From Candidatus Hydrogenedentota bacterium (GTDB lineage Bacteria > Hydrogenedentota > Hydrogenedentia > Hydrogenedentales > GCA-2746185), in the NCBI GenBank assembly GCA_046583315.1, contig JAYGCN010000075.1:1-63281 (forward strand): 63,281 nucleotides of DNA, read 5' to 3'. Below the pieces are notes generated by a model that was given only the letters and a program-made list of their open reading frames with translations, was not told the DNA's origin and did no database searches. The position numbers and the translations under genes are program-made. Every line of letters starts with the position of its first letter. Position 1 is the stretch's first letter. Below, piece by piece: positions 60,698-63,281 of the stretch.

Positions 60698-62104
60698 TCA
60701 CCCGTCCAGTAAAGGGTTGCCTTGCATCCCGGGAGAAACCGGCAAACCCATCCAATTCAAAACCGTTGGAGCAATATCGAAGAGCGAAGCATCGGACAAT
60801 TCTTCCCCGTCACCGTCACTCAAAATCACGATTCCCTCCATCGCATGATTCGCGTCGTCAGGACCCCGATCATTTGTCTCCGCATAAATCGAGGAGGCCC
60901 CGACCTCGCCCAGCGACCGCCAATGCAAGTCACCAAAATATACCAGTAACTCCGGCGCAATACCATGAACCTGCGGATAAAGGTCTGCGGGACGAAGCGC
61001 ACGATTGCCAAGCGATAAGCCATCCGGACCCGGCATCGCCTCCAGTTCAGATTTGAGTCGTGACACTGTCGAGTCCAATTCTTCCGGCGCGACGGTCCCC
61101 TCAGGTTCGCGATCCCTGACATTCACGAATACGCGACCATAATACCCGCCCTCACCCCAGGCTACCGTTCGTGACCAGTCAACCTTTTCGACATCGAAGG
61201 GCTCGCTCGCGTCAAGTGGCCGTTTCAGGCTCAGATACCCCCTGTCCATAAGCCACTGATTGATGCGAATCCCGCCGTGCATCGCCTTCGCACCATGATC
61301 CGACACGACCGCAACTTTCACGTCCTCGCCCGCAAGTGCCAATAACTCCCCAATATGCCGATCCATCTGTTCGTAATAGCGCTTCACATGCCAGCGAAAC
61401 GGATTCGACTCCTCAAACTTCGGGTGCGAAGGATCCGCAAATCGCCAGAAGGCATGATGAAGCCTATCCAACCCCATTTCGACCATCATGAAAAAATCCC
61501 AGGGTTTGTTCTTCATCAAATAGCCGGAAACCGCAAATCGGTTCTCCATAAAGGAGACTATCCGTTCAAACAAGTTTTCCTTGTCCTCCGTACGGAAGTC
61601 GTTGACATCAAACTGAATGGAGCCAAGCGCATCAATCAATTCTTCCCGAAGCGTGGACGGATAGGTACAAGCGGCCTCCTGATCCAGTGTTAATAAACCC
61701 GAAACAAGACAACCATTCACAGTCTTTACCGGAAAGGTCTGAGGCACCCCCACCACACACACGTTCCTTCCAGCATCCCCCGCAATATCCCATATTCGCG
61801 ATTCTCTTACGGACCGCGAAGTGGCTATTCCGAAATCCCCGTATCGATCACGCGAACGCGGGTTCCTGAAGCCATAAATTCCCAATGCACCCGGATCGCG
61901 CCCACTCGTCATACACGACCATGCCGGAACCGTAATGGGAGGATCACAACTTCGAAGCGACCCCCATGCGCCACGATCCATCAGCGCATGCAAATTGGGC
62001 AAATCATAATCGGGATGTCGAAATACAAACTCGGGAGCGGCACAGTCCAGTCCGATCACCAGTACCCGCTGCCCCGAATTATCCCCATCCCTACGAATCG
62101 ACAT
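60698..62104 (-). CDS. Alkaline phosphatase superfamily, type I phosphodiesterase/nucleotide pyrophosphatase family
   Basis: VIGLDCA, PPITVPAW, DRLHH, VSDHG, DDANH. Confidence 0.88.
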   Translation of the reverse strand: MSIRRDGDNSGQRVLVIGLDCAAPEFVFRHPDYDLPNLHALMDRGAWGSLRSCDPPITVPAWSCMTSGRDPGALGIYGFRNPRSRDRYGDFGIATSRSVRESRIWDIAGDAGRNVCVVGVPQTFPVKTVNGCLVSGLLTLDQEAACTYPSTLREELIDALGSIQFDVNDFRTEDKENLFERIVSFMENRFAVSGYLMKNKPWDFFMMVEMGLDRLHHAFWRFADPSHPKFEESNPFRWHVKRYYEQMDRHIGELLALAGEDVKVAVVSDHGAKAMHGGIRINQWLMDRGYLSLKRPLDASEPFDVEKVDWSRTVAWGEGGYYGRVFVNVRDREPEGTVAPEELDSTVSRLKSELEAMPGPDGLSLGNRALRPADLYPQVHGIAPELLVYFGDLHWRSLGEVGASSIYAETNDRGPDDANHAMEGIVILSDGDGEELSDASLFDIAPTVLNWMGLPVSPGMQGNPLLDG

Positions 62105-62113
62105 AAGCCGCCG

Positions 62114-62563
62114 TTAACGGCCATCCATTTCCCGGATCATCGTATTGGCATCGGTCAGTTTTTTCGCTAGATTACGACTGATATTAAGCAGAATCCGGAC
62201 CGCAACGCGTTTTGTCAGCAGTTTTTGAAAGATGCGCTCATCCAAAGCAAAGAGTTTCGAATCTTCCAGCGCACGCAACGTCGCCGAGCGGGGTTCGTCA
62301 CACAACAGCGACATCTCGCCGAATGACTCACCCGCGTTAATCGTGGCGATCTGTCTCTCGCCGTCAAACACGCCAAGCTTGCCCCCCATCAGAACAAACA
62401 TGTTATTCCCCACAGTACCCTTCTGAAAAATCAACTGTCCCTTCGGAGCTGCAACCGTCATCCCCTTGCTGAAAATCTTGTAGACATCTTCAGTCTTGAG
62501 CCCACGGAACAAGTCAATTTTGTTCACCATTTCAATGAACTGAGGATCATCAGGGGACAACAT
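62114..62563 (-). CDS. Stand-alone cyclic-nucleotide-binding domain protein
   Basis: LF.GL, IFQKG..G, GESFGEMSLL..EPRSAT; no HTH. Confidence 0.88.
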   Translation of the reverse strand: MLSPDDPQFIEMVNKIDLFRGLKTEDVYKIFSKGMTVAAPKGQLIFQKGTVGNNMFVLMGGKLGVFDGERQIATINAGESFGEMSLLCDEPRSATLRALEDSKLFALDERIFQKLLTKRVAVRILLNISRNLAKKLTDANTMIREMDGR

Positions 62564-62584
62564 GGCTGGACACTCCCGTAGAAA

Positions 62585-63281
62585 CTAGACGACGTAGATA
62601 TAGCGACTGCAATTCACGCAGGTATGAATGTGGTTGATGTCGTTGCGTACTTCCTGAACAAATTTCGACGGCAGACGCATGAAACAACCCTGGCAGGTAT
62701 CGCCTTCAACCGGAACCATCGCCGGCGCACGCCCCTTGGCCAACTTCTCGTAATGCCGCAGAATTCGAGGGTCCACCATCGCGCGGATGCCTGCGATGCG
62801 TTCCTTGATCTTGTTCTTGCCCGATTTTGCCGTGGCCAGCATCTCCTCATGCAACTGCAAGCGCGCCAGCAAACGAATATCCGCGTGACCATCCCTCAGC
62901 TTTCCAATTTCCGGGTCCGCCTGGAACGCAGTAATCTTCTCTTCCTCTTTCGTATTGAAAATTTCGGAGACCTCTTCAAGGACACCATATATTCCCTCGG
63001 CCGAATCCGCATTCACTAAGGCCTGAAAATGCTCTTCATCGTTCAACAGGCTCGCCACGGTCGCCACAAAATTCAGATACGTCGTTTGTTGTACAGGGGG
63101 ATAACAAATCAGAAAAATAAGTTTCACCGGCTGGCGATCCACCGCCATGAAATCAAGACCCTCAGGAACGCGACCCACCGCGCAGGCCAAGCCCTTCATC
63201 CCCGGTACGCGCGCATGCGGAACCGCTATTCCGTTTCCGATCCCCGTACTCTCCGTTGCCTCACGAGCCACCACCTGATCC
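62585..63281 (-). CDS. PTS EIIA (Ntr/Fru-type) domain fused to a C4 zinc ribbon (CT398/HP0958-like); 5' end beyond window
   Basis: RE..ESTGIGNGIAVPHAR (phospho-His), D..PVKLIFL; C-terminal YEKL..CQGCFMRLP..CVNCSRYIY; frame open to window edge. Confidence 0.85.
   Translation of the reverse strand, partial: DQVVAREATESTGIGNGIAVPHARVPGMKGLACAVGRVPEGLDFMAVDRQPVKLIFLICYPPVQQTTYLNFVATVASLLNDEEHFQALVNADSAEGIYGVLEEVSEIFNTKEEEKITAFQADPEIGKLRDGHADIRLLARLQLHEEMLATAKSGKNKIKERIAGIRAMVDPRILRHYEKLAKGRAPAMVPVEGDTCQGCFMRLPSKFVQEVRNDINHIHTCVNCSRYIYVV

Overview
A 63.3 kb gene-dense bacterial chromosomal segment of mostly housekeeping genes. It looks diderm (DnaK with the diderm-type insert, Tat, BON and O-antigen-ligase-like proteins) yet has several Firmicutes-like gene arrangements. 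The lineage cannot be fixed from sequence alone. In order, it holds: a GT2; a furin/kexin-like S8 protease; a DEAD-box helicase; MarR; a ZMP/ZTP riboswitch-led gcvT-H-PA-PB-lipoate ligase operon; a YvyF-like gene; an amidase-GerMN-murI-deacetylase-tsaD cluster; pilT; csp; a PHP-fold lipoprotein; GntR; a stand-alone serine-recombinase DNA-binding domain; an ALDH1L1-like formyltransferase; a long minus-strand run (3 GT4, WecA-like, O-antigen-ligase-like, aroQ, pepP, efp, accBC, amaP-like, hisF, hisI, trpEG, HU/IHF, tatCB); a CIRCE-controlled hrcA-grpE-dnaK-dnaJ operon; mtnA-cmk-recJ-ABC transporter-two FG-GAP proteins; and a minus-strand run with a PTS-IIA/zinc-ribbon fusion, cNMP protein, AlkP-family enzyme, GT4, mdh, BON and TPR proteins. 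I saw no CRISPR array, tRNA, rRNA, transposase or prophage. Best leads: the ZTP riboswitch on the glycine cleavage operon, the EIIA fused to a CT398/HP0958-type zinc ribbon, the HU/IHF ending in a beta-clamp-like QQSLF motif, and the catalytic-domain-less recombinase with its own promoter and structured leader.
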